This document shows, piece by piece, positions 27,260-35,449 of a stretch of 40,196 nucleotides of DNA (position 1 is its first letter; each line of letters opens with the position of its first letter). This stretch comes from an uncultured Pseudobdellovibrionaceae bacterium (lineage in GTDB: Bacteria; Pseudomonadota; Alphaproteobacteria; UBA2400). The stretch covers positions 6,293 to 46,488 of the forward strand of contig CAYSDE010000001.1 in the NCBI GenBank assembly GCA_964429685.1, read 5' to 3'. The notes under the pieces are model-generated. The model did no database searches and was not told the origin of the DNA. It worked only from the letters and a program-made list of their open reading frames with translations. The translations under genes and the position numbers were made by a program.

Positions 27260-29803
27260 TCAATAAATCTCGCCGAAGCCGCCCCCTGCCCCGTTATTGG
27301 CCGGTTCCGGTGGCGGCAGATAGCTCGGCAGACTGCCATTCCCGTTATTAACCGCTGGTGGCGCGGCCCCTGTGCTGGTTGGCATGCGGATGATTTCGGT
27401 ATTTGCACCCGTCCAGTCCAGCGCGGGATCAACCGCCTGTTCAACGGCACCGGGGCGTGGCTCGGTGCCGGGTTTGTAGGCTTCCCAAATGGCTTTTTCG
27501 TCACCCGGATCGGCCAGCCGTCCATTTGCCGGATTGACGCGAACCAGACGCAGCCCCGGTGGCACCCGGAACTGAATTGGCGGCGTGCCCGCCAAGGCTT
27601 CCTCCATGAAGGATTTGAAGACAGGCGCACTCAGAATACCGCCTGTCATATGATGACCAAGATGGGTCGGCTGGTCGAAGCCGATATAAAGACCAACCGC
27701 CATATCTGAGGAAAAGCCGACAAACCAAGCGTCCCGCTCTTCATTGGTAGTGCCGGTTTTGCCCGCCACCGGCCACGGCAGACCTTTGGCCCGGGTGCCG
27801 GTACCGCGCTGAACCACACCTTCCAGAATATGGGTCATCTGATAGGCGGTGCGCGGATCGATGATCTGGGGGCGGGTATCAGGAACGGTTGGTACCGATA
27901 AATCGGGACGCCACATCACATTCTGGCAGCCCTGACAGGGACGATCATCATGACGATAGAGAATATGACCTTCCTTGTCCTGCACGGTATCAATCAGGGT
28001 GGGCGTAACTTTACGCGCCCCGTTGACGATCTCGGCATAGGCGCTGACCTGCCGCAGCACGGTTGTTTCACCAGCGCCGAGCGCCATCGACAGGTTATGC
28101 GGCAAGCGGTCAACCACACCGAAGGCCTCGGCAATCTTGGCGACATTGGCAATACCGACCTGCTGGGCAAGGCGCACCGTCATGACATTGCGGGACTTTT
28201 CCATCCCCACCCGCAACGTGGTGGGCCCCAGATAGTCATTGGAATAATTTCCGGGTGTCCAGGCAGGCATACCGGGACCTTGGGGCAAACTGATGGGCGC
28301 ATCCAGCACCAGACTAGACGGAGTAAATCCGGCCTCCAGCGCCGCCATATAAACAAACGGCTTGAAGGATGAGCCGGGTTGACGCCATGCTTGGGTGGCT
28401 CGATTAAAGGAACTCATGCGCGGACTGAACCCGCCCACCATCGCCAGCACGCGGCCAGTATTGGCGTCCATCGCCACAAAACCGCCCTGCACCGCCGGAA
28501 TCTGGCGCAAACCGTATTTGTTGTCCCCCTCAATCTTCTCAACCAGAATAATGTCTCCGACCTGCAATACATCCTGCGGTTTGGTGATTTCCGGGCCCAG
28601 AGACGGGCCGGGCTTCCATGTGCGCGCCCATTTCAGTTCCGCCAGAGGAATTATACCCTTGGCATCATTGCGCAGAAGAATTTCGGCCATTGACGCTGAA
28701 ATATCGGTCACCACCGCCAGTTGCCAGAGCTCGCCCCCGCCGGGCATGGGGGTACGCTGAAGCGCCGTCTTCAAATCCTGCCCGCCGCCGATACGCGCCA
28801 CCGGGCCGCGCCAGCCATGCTCCCGATCATAGCTGATGAGCTTCTGACGCAAAGATTTTGTCGCAATATCCTGCAGGCGCGGATCAATGCTTGCCCGCAC
28901 CAGCAGCCCGCCGGTCAGCACCTTCTCCTCGCCGAAACGGGCGACCAGTTCGCGCCGGACTTCTTCGGTGAAATAATCGCCGCCGCGATAGAACTCTTCC
29001 TCGCCGCGGGGCCGCATCTGGATCGGATCGGTGATGGCATGGTCATATTCGGCCTGTGTGATCTTGCCGTCTTCGCGCATACGATTCAACACATAATTGC
29101 GGCGGCTGATGGCCTCATCATGATTTTTGACCGGGTGATAACTGTTAGGCGCTTTCGGCAAGGCGGCCAGATAAGCGGCTTCAGCAATCGTCAGTTCATC
29201 CAGCGTCTTGTTGAAATAAGCCAGCGCCGCTGATCCCACGCCGTAAGCACGCTGACCCAGAAAAATCTGGTTGAGATACAACTCCAGAATCTCATCCTTG
29301 GTGAAAGCTTCCTCAATACGGAACGCAATCAGTGCTTCACGGATCTTGCGGACATAACTGGTTTCGTTGCCGACCAGAAAATTCTTGGCGACCTGCTGGG
29401 TAATGGTCGAAGCGCCGACCGGGTGACGACCGCTCCCCATATTCTCGAAATTGGTAATGGCCGCGCCCAGAATGCCGCGAGGGTCAATACCGGCATGTTC
29501 GTAAAAGGTTTTGTCTTCCGATGAAAGGAAGGCGTCAATAACGCGCTGGGGCATACGGTTGACCGGCACGAAGACGCGGCGCTCCGAAGCAAACTCGGCC
29601 ATCAGGCGACCATCTCCGGCATGAACGCGGCTGACCACCGGCGGGTTGTAATCGCGCAAACTGCTGATGTCGGGCAGATTCTCGCCATAATGCCGGATGA
29701 CCAGCATGACAACGCAAATGCCGACGATACCCAGCAACATGGCTGAAGAAATAGCCCAAGAAATGAAACGCAGCACACCCAGCTCCTTGTAATGACCGGT
29801 CAT
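27260..29803 (-). CDS. mrcA: penicillin-binding protein 1A (bifunctional transglycosylase/transpeptidase)
   Basis: 847-aa ORF with an N-terminal TM anchor. Motifs: glycosyltransferase SSEDKTFYEHAGID, transpeptidase SSFKP (SxxK), and KTGTTNE. Confidence 0.95.
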   Translation of the reverse strand: MTGHYKELGVLRFISWAISSAMLLGIVGICVVMLVIRHYGENLPDISSLRDYNPPVVSRVHAGDGRLMAEFASERRVFVPVNRMPQRVIDAFLSSEDKTFYEHAGIDPRGILGAAITNFENMGSGRHPVGASTITQQVAKNFLVGNETSYVRKIREALIAFRIEEAFTKDEILELYLNQIFLGQRAYGVGSAALAYFNKTLDELTIAEAAYLAALPKAPNSYHPVKNHDEAISRRNYVLNRMREDGKITQAEYDHAITDPIQMRPRGEEEFYRGGDYFTEEVRRELVARFGEEKVLTGGLLVRASIDPRLQDIATKSLRQKLISYDREHGWRGPVARIGGGQDLKTALQRTPMPGGGELWQLAVVTDISASMAEILLRNDAKGIIPLAELKWARTWKPGPSLGPEITKPQDVLQVGDIILVEKIEGDNKYGLRQIPAVQGGFVAMDANTGRVLAMVGGFSPRMSSFNRATQAWRQPGSSFKPFVYMAALEAGFTPSSLVLDAPISLPQGPGMPAWTPGNYSNDYLGPTTLRVGMEKSRNVMTVRLAQQVGIANVAKIAEAFGVVDRLPHNLSMALGAGETTVLRQVSAYAEIVNGARKVTPTLIDTVQDKEGHILYRHDDRPCQGCQNVMWRPDLSVPTVPDTRPQIIDPRTAYQMTHILEGVVQRGTGTRAKGLPWPVAGKTGTTNEERDAWFVGFSSDMAVGLYIGFDQPTHLGHHMTGGILSAPVFKSFMEEALAGTPPIQFRVPPGLRLVRVNPANGRLADPGDEKAIWEAYKPGTEPRPGAVEQAVDPALDWTGANTEIIRMPTSTGAAPPAVNNGNGSLPSYLPPPEPANNGAGGGFGEIY

Positions 29804-29826
29804 AATAGGGATTTGCCGTAAAAAAG

Positions 29827-31122
29827 CTACTCCGGCTTTGCCATGATCAACTGCGCTTCAAAGGTCGAGCTGTGGCGAAGGAAATATTTCTGGATTGCCC
29901 GCTCAATACCGGCAACCAGCTTGCGTTGATGCTCGGGTTTGACCAGTAACCTAGCTTCGCTGCGGTTAGAGAGATAACCCATTTCAATCAGGGCCGAAGG
30001 CATATCCGGCGCCTTAAGAACGGCAAATCCGGCAGAGCGCTGGGGCCGCTCGGTCATCCGCACCTGCCGACCCAGTTCGGTGGCCAGTTGGGTCGAAAAA
30101 TCACGGCTGTTGTTCAGGCTGGCGGTATAGCTCATGGTGGTGAGCAGACTGGCGAGGCCATCATCACCGGCTACCGCCTCAAGTCCGGCCAGCTGGTCAG
30201 AGCGGTTTTCGCTTTCGGCCAAGCGGGCAGCTTCACGATCCGAGGCCCGCTCGGACAAGGTATAGATGGTCGATCCCTGCGCTTCATGGGTTTCAGCACT
30301 GTCGGCATGAAGCGAGATGAAGAGGTCAGCGCCCTGCCGTCTGGCAATCGCTACCCGCTCCTGCAGGGGGATGAAAATATCCCGCGAGCGGGTCAGGGAG
30401 ACACGATAATTGCCACTGCTCTCCAGCTTGGCAGCAAGCTGACGGGCCACAGCCAGCGTAATGTCTTTCTCCCGCGTCCCGTTAATGCCGATGGCGCCGG
30501 GGTCAACCCCGCCATGACCGGCATCCAGCACAATCAGCGGGCGCGGATCAAAATCCCGCCGCCGCTCCGGCAGGGGCGGCGGACGCAGCCCGCCCGCACC
30601 AGCTGTCGTGGCGCTGACCGGTGTTGCAGCAGCTGTCTCATCCTTGGTTACGATGGCGGAAGGGGCGCTGGCCATCGCCAAAGTCTGCTGACCCCGCTGC
30701 CCCCAGCTGCGGCCAATCAGCTGGCGGAATTCGTCCCCGCTGGCCGCCTTCAGATCAATAGCCAGACGCGGCCCCTTGCCGTCCCGAGCCGGAAGATCAA
30801 TAACAGCGGAGAGGCTAACGGCTGCCGTTAGGTCAAGAACAATACGGGTACCCTCGCCAAACTGGCCATAACGCCACCCCTTGACCAGAGCGACCCCATT
30901 CGGGGTCTGCCCCTGAGGCCAGTTCAGGCTCGGCATGTCCAGAACCAGCCGCTCGGGATTGGCGAGAAAGAACATCCGGTAATCGGCAGGACTACCCAAT
31001 TCCAGCACAAAGCGGGTCACCCCGGCTTCAGGCGAACCAAGGCGCACGCTTTTAACCTCAATCTCGGCCAAGGCCGGGAGAGTAAAGAGGGTTATCAGAA
31101 GATAAACGAACAGGCGCAGCAT
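29827..31122 (-). CDS. N-acetylmuramoyl-L-alanine amidase (AMIN domain + Amidase_3, AmiC-like)
   Basis: 431-aa ORF with a signal peptide. The AMIN-like N-terminus is VKSVRLGSPEAGVTRFVLEL...RLVLDMP. The C-terminal part is IVLDAGHGGVDPGAIG...ISLHADS...GFAVLK. Confidence 0.9.
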   Translation of the reverse strand: MLRLFVYLLITLFTLPALAEIEVKSVRLGSPEAGVTRFVLELGSPADYRMFFLANPERLVLDMPSLNWPQGQTPNGVALVKGWRYGQFGEGTRIVLDLTAAVSLSAVIDLPARDGKGPRLAIDLKAASGDEFRQLIGRSWGQRGQQTLAMASAPSAIVTKDETAAATPVSATTAGAGGLRPPPLPERRRDFDPRPLIVLDAGHGGVDPGAIGINGTREKDITLAVARQLAAKLESSGNYRVSLTRSRDIFIPLQERVAIARRQGADLFISLHADSAETHEAQGSTIYTLSERASDREAARLAESENRSDQLAGLEAVAGDDGLASLLTTMSYTASLNNSRDFSTQLATELGRQVRMTERPQRSAGFAVLKAPDMPSALIEMGYLSNRSEARLLVKPEHQRKLVAGIERAIQKYFLRHSSTFEAQLIMAKPE

Positions 31123-31451
31123 TTTGCAAGTATATCATGAGACGACTCATCCAAACAGGGGCCTTAAAACTTTGTATTGTGCCGGGGCGGCAGACAGTCT
31201 ATGGTGTTGCCGCGACCCGTTACCCCCTAGGGCTTATCTCCTGCGGCGGTGGCGGCAAAGAAACACGAAAGCCAACCGACGCTTTGTCTGCGCGGTGGAC
31301 TGTGGGGATAAGGTGTCCTGGCTGCCTTTGGCGCTGCTTCTGATGCTTTTCCTCCTCATGGCCACGGTTTTCCACAAAACGCGACACAATATCTGCCCTT
31401 GCGGTCGCCAAGGGACAGGTCAGATGGCGCGATGAAAGGTCAGGCCCCCTT

Positions 31452-34205
31452 ATGGCCAAGCGTATGTTGATTGATGCTACCCAGCCGGAAGAAACGCGGG
31501 TAACAGTTATTGATGGCAACCGTCTCGACGAACTCGATTTTGAGATTGCCTCACGGAAACAGCTCAAAGGCAATATCTATCTGGCCAAGGTGACGCGGGT
31601 TGAACCGTCTCTGCAGGCTGCCTTTGTTGATTACGGTGGTAACCGCCACGGCTTTCTGGCCTTTGCCGAAATCCATCCCGACTATTACAAGATTCCGGTC
31701 GCTGACCGCGAAAAGCTGCTGGCGCTTGAAGCCGAGCTTGAGCGGGAGGACGCCGAGCGCGAAGAGGCCGAGGAAGCCGCCGCGCTGGCTGCCGTTGTTG
31801 AAACCCCTGAGCTTGTTTCGGAAGAAGGAACGCCCCTTTCCGTCTCTGACCTTGAGCCGCTTGTGCCAAGCGCCGAAGAAGCTGGCAGCAGCCTGACCAG
31901 TCTGGCCACCGAGCCAGACTCGGTCATCCCCGCCGCCGTTGACCAGCCCGAGTTGATCAGCACCCCGGTTTCTGAAGCCGAGAGTGAGGAAGAATCTGAA
32001 AGCACAGACGGTGAAGTTGCGTCAGCTCCCGCTCCGGCACCGACAGCCGAAGAAAGCGAAGATGATGCCGAACGCCGCCGCTTCTCCCGCCGCCGTGCTG
32101 CCATTCTGCGCCAGTATAAAATTCAGGAAGTCATCAAGAAAAACCAGATCCTCCTGATTCAGGTGGTCAAGGAAGAGCGCGGCAACAAAGGCGCAGCGCT
32201 GACCACTTATCTCTCCCTCGCTGGCCGCTATTGCGTGCTGATGCCCAACACCAACCGGGGCGGTGGCGTCTCGCGCAAGATCAGTTCGCTGGAAGAACGC
32301 CGCCGCATGAAGATGCTGCTGTCGGAACTGTCCCTGCCGGACGGAATGTCGATCATTCTGCGGACCGCCGGACTGGAACGCAGCAAGGCTGACATCAAGC
32401 GCGATCTGGAATATCTGCTGCGCCTGTGGGACAGCATCCGCGAAAAGACCCTCAATTCAACTGCCCCATCCCTCATTCATGAAGAAGCCAACCTGATCCG
32501 CCGCGCCATTCGTGATCTCTATTCGCGGGACGTGACCGAAGTACAGGTTGAAGGCGATACCGGCTATCACACCGCCAAGGAATTCATGCGCATGATGGTG
32601 CCGTCGGCAGCGCGCCGCGTCCACCACTACCGCGATCCGGCCGTGCCGCTGTTCATCCGTCACCGGGTGGAAAGCCAGATTGAATCCCTTTACAGCACCA
32701 CAGTCGGCCTCAAATCCGGCGGCTATATCGTCATCAACCAGACGGAAGCGCTGGTTGCCATTGACGTCAATTCGGGCCGATCCACCCGCGAGCGCAATAT
32801 TGAAGAAACCGCGCTGCGCACCAACATTGAAGCCGCCGATGAAGTGGCCCGCCAGCTCCGTCTGCGCGATCTGGCCGGTCTGATCGTTATCGACTTCATC
32901 GATATGGAAGATTCCCGCCATAACGGTCAGGTTGAACGCCGCATGCGCGAGGCGATGAAGAATGATCGTGCCCGCATCCAGATTGGCCGCATTTCGATGT
33001 TCGGCCTGCTCGAGCTGTCACGCCAGCGCCTGCGCCCATCGCTGATTGAAACCAATTTCAGCCCCTGTTCTACCTGCGGCGGCCTTGGCCATGTCCGCAG
33101 TATTGAAAGCGCCGCCTTGCATATTCTTCGCTCCATTGAGGAGGAAGGTCTGCAACAGAAAGCCAGCGAGTTGGCGGTGCGGGTGGCTGAAGAAGCCGCG
33201 CTTTATCTGCTCAACCACAAGCGCGCTGCCCTCGGCGATGTCGAGCGCCGCTATGGCATCAAGGTTTTCATCAACGCCGATACCGAGTTGAAGATTTCCG
33301 AACACAAGATCGAGCGCCTCAAGGCCCGCCAGCCCGGTGAGTTCCAGTTCCCTGAACCGCCGCCGCCGATTGTCGAAGAAGATCCGATTATTGAAGAAGA
33401 AACGCCGGTGGATGACTGGGGTTCACCAGACGATGCCGGCAATGAAAACTCGCCGGAAGAAAACAACAAAGGCTCTGCACAGTCGGATGAGTCTGAAGGC
33501 AGCGAACGCCGGGGCCGTCGTCGTCGTGGCGGACGCAACCGCAGCCGCAGTGGCCGCCCGGCTGGCGCCTATCCTGACGTGTCCCAACCCGGTGCGCCGC
33601 AACCGGAAATTCCGTTGCTGGGCGATGGGGAAGAACTACAACCCGCCAACCTGCCCTCGCCCGAAGATCAACTCGGCTATGTCTCCATGACCATGCACAG
33701 CCCTGCCGAAGGCGCCGAAACCGCTGAAAGCCAGCGCCGCCGTCGTGGCCGCCGGGGTGGCCGTGGCCGCTATCGGGGCGGCGAAGGTCGGGGCGATCAG
33801 CCCCAGCCGGATGGCAACATCGCTGAAGCGCCAGCACCCGCAGAAGGTCAACCGGCCGAAGCCCGCGAACCGCGCAAACCCCGTGAAGACCGCCCCCGCG
33901 AAGACCGGCCCCAACGCCACCCGCGTGGTGATCGTCCGCAACGCCAGCCCCGTGAACAGGGCGGAGAACGTGGTGGGGAGAGGGGCGACCGTCAGCCGCG
34001 CTACAATTCAACTCCGCCGGGTGGCTCCGCGCCCAGCGATGGCGGAATCCGCATTGTCACCGCCATCCGGGGCCGCGACGATCCCAAGCCCGCCTCGGCT
34101 ACCAGCCCGGCTCCTGCCCCCGCCGTCACGGCACAGCCCCCCGCGCCCCCCTCCCCCCCGGACAAACCGAAATCAGGCTGGTGGAAGCGACTGATCGGGA
34201 ACTGA
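31452..34205 (+). CDS. rne: ribonuclease E
   Basis: 917-aa ORF. MAKRMLIDATQPEETRVTVIDGNRLDELDFE...GNIYLAKVTRVEPSLQAAFVDYG forms the S1 domain. An acidic insert follows, then the catalytic core (IDVNSG, CxxCxG zinc link) and a long Arg/Pro/Glu-rich scaffold tail ending ...PDKPKSGWWKRLIGN. Confidence 0.95.
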   Translation: MAKRMLIDATQPEETRVTVIDGNRLDELDFEIASRKQLKGNIYLAKVTRVEPSLQAAFVDYGGNRHGFLAFAEIHPDYYKIPVADREKLLALEAELEREDAEREEAEEAAALAAVVETPELVSEEGTPLSVSDLEPLVPSAEEAGSSLTSLATEPDSVIPAAVDQPELISTPVSEAESEEESESTDGEVASAPAPAPTAEESEDDAERRRFSRRRAAILRQYKIQEVIKKNQILLIQVVKEERGNKGAALTTYLSLAGRYCVLMPNTNRGGGVSRKISSLEERRRMKMLLSELSLPDGMSIILRTAGLERSKADIKRDLEYLLRLWDSIREKTLNSTAPSLIHEEANLIRRAIRDLYSRDVTEVQVEGDTGYHTAKEFMRMMVPSAARRVHHYRDPAVPLFIRHRVESQIESLYSTTVGLKSGGYIVINQTEALVAIDVNSGRSTRERNIEETALRTNIEAADEVARQLRLRDLAGLIVIDFIDMEDSRHNGQVERRMREAMKNDRARIQIGRISMFGLLELSRQRLRPSLIETNFSPCSTCGGLGHVRSIESAALHILRSIEEEGLQQKASELAVRVAEEAALYLLNHKRAALGDVERRYGIKVFINADTELKISEHKIERLKARQPGEFQFPEPPPPIVEEDPIIEEETPVDDWGSPDDAGNENSPEENNKGSAQSDESEGSERRGRRRRGGRNRSRSGRPAGAYPDVSQPGAPQPEIPLLGDGEELQPANLPSPEDQLGYVSMTMHSPAEGAETAESQRRRRGRRGGRGRYRGGEGRGDQPQPDGNIAEAPAPAEGQPAEAREPRKPREDRPREDRPQRHPRGDRPQRQPREQGGERGGERGDRQPRYNSTPPGGSAPSDGGIRIVTAIRGRDDPKPASATSPAPAPAVTAQPPAPPSPPDKPKSGWWKRLIGN

Positions 34206-34208
34206 TGA

Positions 34209-34763
34209 ATGATCCGGATTCTTTTCGAGGCGCATGCAACATCTTATGACAACGAAGCTGCATTAAGCTCAGGTCATAACGATGTTGCGCTTTCTCCGTT
34301 GGGACTGGAACAGGCTGCCGGATTAGGTAAGCGCCTTGCACCAGTTCCTGTTACAGCGGGTTACTGCTCTGACCTCCAGCGGTCTTATTTGACGGGTGAA
34401 ATTGCGTTCAAGGAACGTCACATTCCTGTTTTCCGGGACAGCAGGCTACGCGAGTGTGATTATGGCGATTTGACTCAAGCTCCTGCGGATAAAGTGAAGG
34501 CACTTCGAGCGAACCATGTCGATATTCCCTTTCCACATGGAGAGAGCTATACGCAAACCTGTCTAAGAATGAAATCGTTTCTCGATGAAATTGCCGTCAC
34601 GTACAAGAGCGCTGACACCATTGTTATTATCGGCCACCGGGCAACACAATACGGACTTGAACACTGGTTGAAAAACGTTCCTGTGCTGGAAGCAGTTACG
34701 GCACCGTGGACATGGCAACCCGGCTGGTTATATGACATCGCCCCCGCAACGCCTGTAACGTAG
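34209..34763 (+). CDS. histidine phosphatase (phosphoglycerate mutase-like) family protein with non-canonical active-site motif
   Basis: 184-aa ORF starting 3 nt after the rne stop (TGA-TGA-ATG). ILFEAHATSYDN...SPLGLEQA...RLRECDYGD...VIIGHRATQ aligns by eye to the RHGxT...E.D.G...SHGG layout of branch-1 histidine phosphatases. It is visibly more AT-rich than rne. Confidence 0.75.
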   Translation: MIRILFEAHATSYDNEAALSSGHNDVALSPLGLEQAAGLGKRLAPVPVTAGYCSDLQRSYLTGEIAFKERHIPVFRDSRLRECDYGDLTQAPADKVKALRANHVDIPFPHGESYTQTCLRMKSFLDEIAVTYKSADTIVIIGHRATQYGLEHWLKNVPVLEAVTAPWTWQPGWLYDIAPATPVT

Positions 34764-34913
34764 CCGGATCAACACCCGCGACACTCTGCTCCGGTGGCGG
34801 CTCCGTCATCCCCCCCACCCCAGCCCGCTGCTACCAGCACAGCCCCTTCGCCCGTGCCCCCGACAACCCCGGACAAACCGAAATCCGGCTGGTGGAAGCG
34901 GCTTATTGGTTGA
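34764..34913 (+). pseudogene. rne: displaced duplicate of the rne 3' end (RNase E C-terminal tail remnant)
   Basis: In the same frame as rne and the phosphatase, it reads PDQHPRHSAPVAAPSSPPPQPAATSTAPSPVPPTTPDKPKSGWWKRLIG-TGA. The last 14 codons (34869-34910) give the same amino acids as rne codons 34158-34199, with 5 synonymous nt differences. There is no start codon of its own. Confidence 0.7.
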
Positions 34914-35003
34914 TCTAGCGGATTGTACTTGCTTTCGATGCTGCGCGTTTTGTAGAACATCTAGACATTCGTTCAAAAACGCAATCTATGGGGGTCAATA
35001 CCA

Positions 35004-35384
35004 ATGGAAAATCGCAATATAGTTAGCATCGCCTTTGCAGCAGTCTTGGCTCTAACAGGGGAGGGAGTTCATGCGGAAAATACCCTAGAAAAACCATCCA
35101 CTTCTACTAAGGTCATTTATCCGGACCTCGAGAGCAACACCTACCACCAGGTTCTCCCCGGTATGTTTTGTTATTCAAAGGGGGGATGCAATACGACAAG
35201 ACGCGTTGTTGATTGCACTCTGGGTACCTTGCACCATGAAATGGTAATAGGAACAAGAATTGCTCAGGGTGGTGATAACATGATCCAGCCGACAGCCCCC
35301 ATCAGCGTCACGTCGCTCTCTCCGAAGGCACAGGAGACAATCCGTCGTAACTGCAGCAGCAACGGTCTGCAGGCTCTTTTTTAA
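35004..35384 (+). CDS. small secreted hypothetical protein (4 Cys)
   Basis: 126-aa ORF with the signal peptide MENRNIVSIAFAAVLALTGEGVHA. Composition is AT-rich and no family is recognised. Confidence 0.55.
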   Translation: MENRNIVSIAFAAVLALTGEGVHAENTLEKPSTSTKVIYPDLESNTYHQVLPGMFCYSKGGCNTTRRVVDCTLGTLHHEMVIGTRIAQGGDNMIQPTAPISVTSLSPKAQETIRRNCSSNGLQALF

Positions 35385-35449
35385 ACCAGTAGTCCTCCGC
35401 GACAAATCAGGCCACGCAGAAAAGTTTTTTTTCTGCTAGCCTTGGCGTT

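Noticed and set aside
27100-27630. 176-aa minus-strand ORF spanning the PBP1A 3' end and the prfB 5' region.
   Set aside because: It is a wrong frame running across the mrcA-prfB junction. The region is explained by the mrcA C-terminus and the 23-codon first segment of frameshifted prfB.
31124-31435. 103-aa and 68-aa plus-strand ORFs in the amiC-rne spacer.
   Set aside because: They have no Shine-Dalgarno and are Cys/Arg/Trp-rich with improbable composition. The region is more plausibly the rne promoter and leader.
34769-34960. 63-aa minus-strand ORF over the rne-tail remnant.
   Set aside because: It is the antisense of the Pro-rich remnant, giving a Gly-rich low-complexity product. It has no RBS and is better explained by the plus-strand rne homology.
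35416-35436. Hairpin GCAGAAAA-gtttt-TTTTCTGC after the small secreted ORF, as a possible terminator.
   Set aside because: The stem is only 8 bp and mostly A/T, with no downstream U-tract beyond the stem itself. It is marginal.
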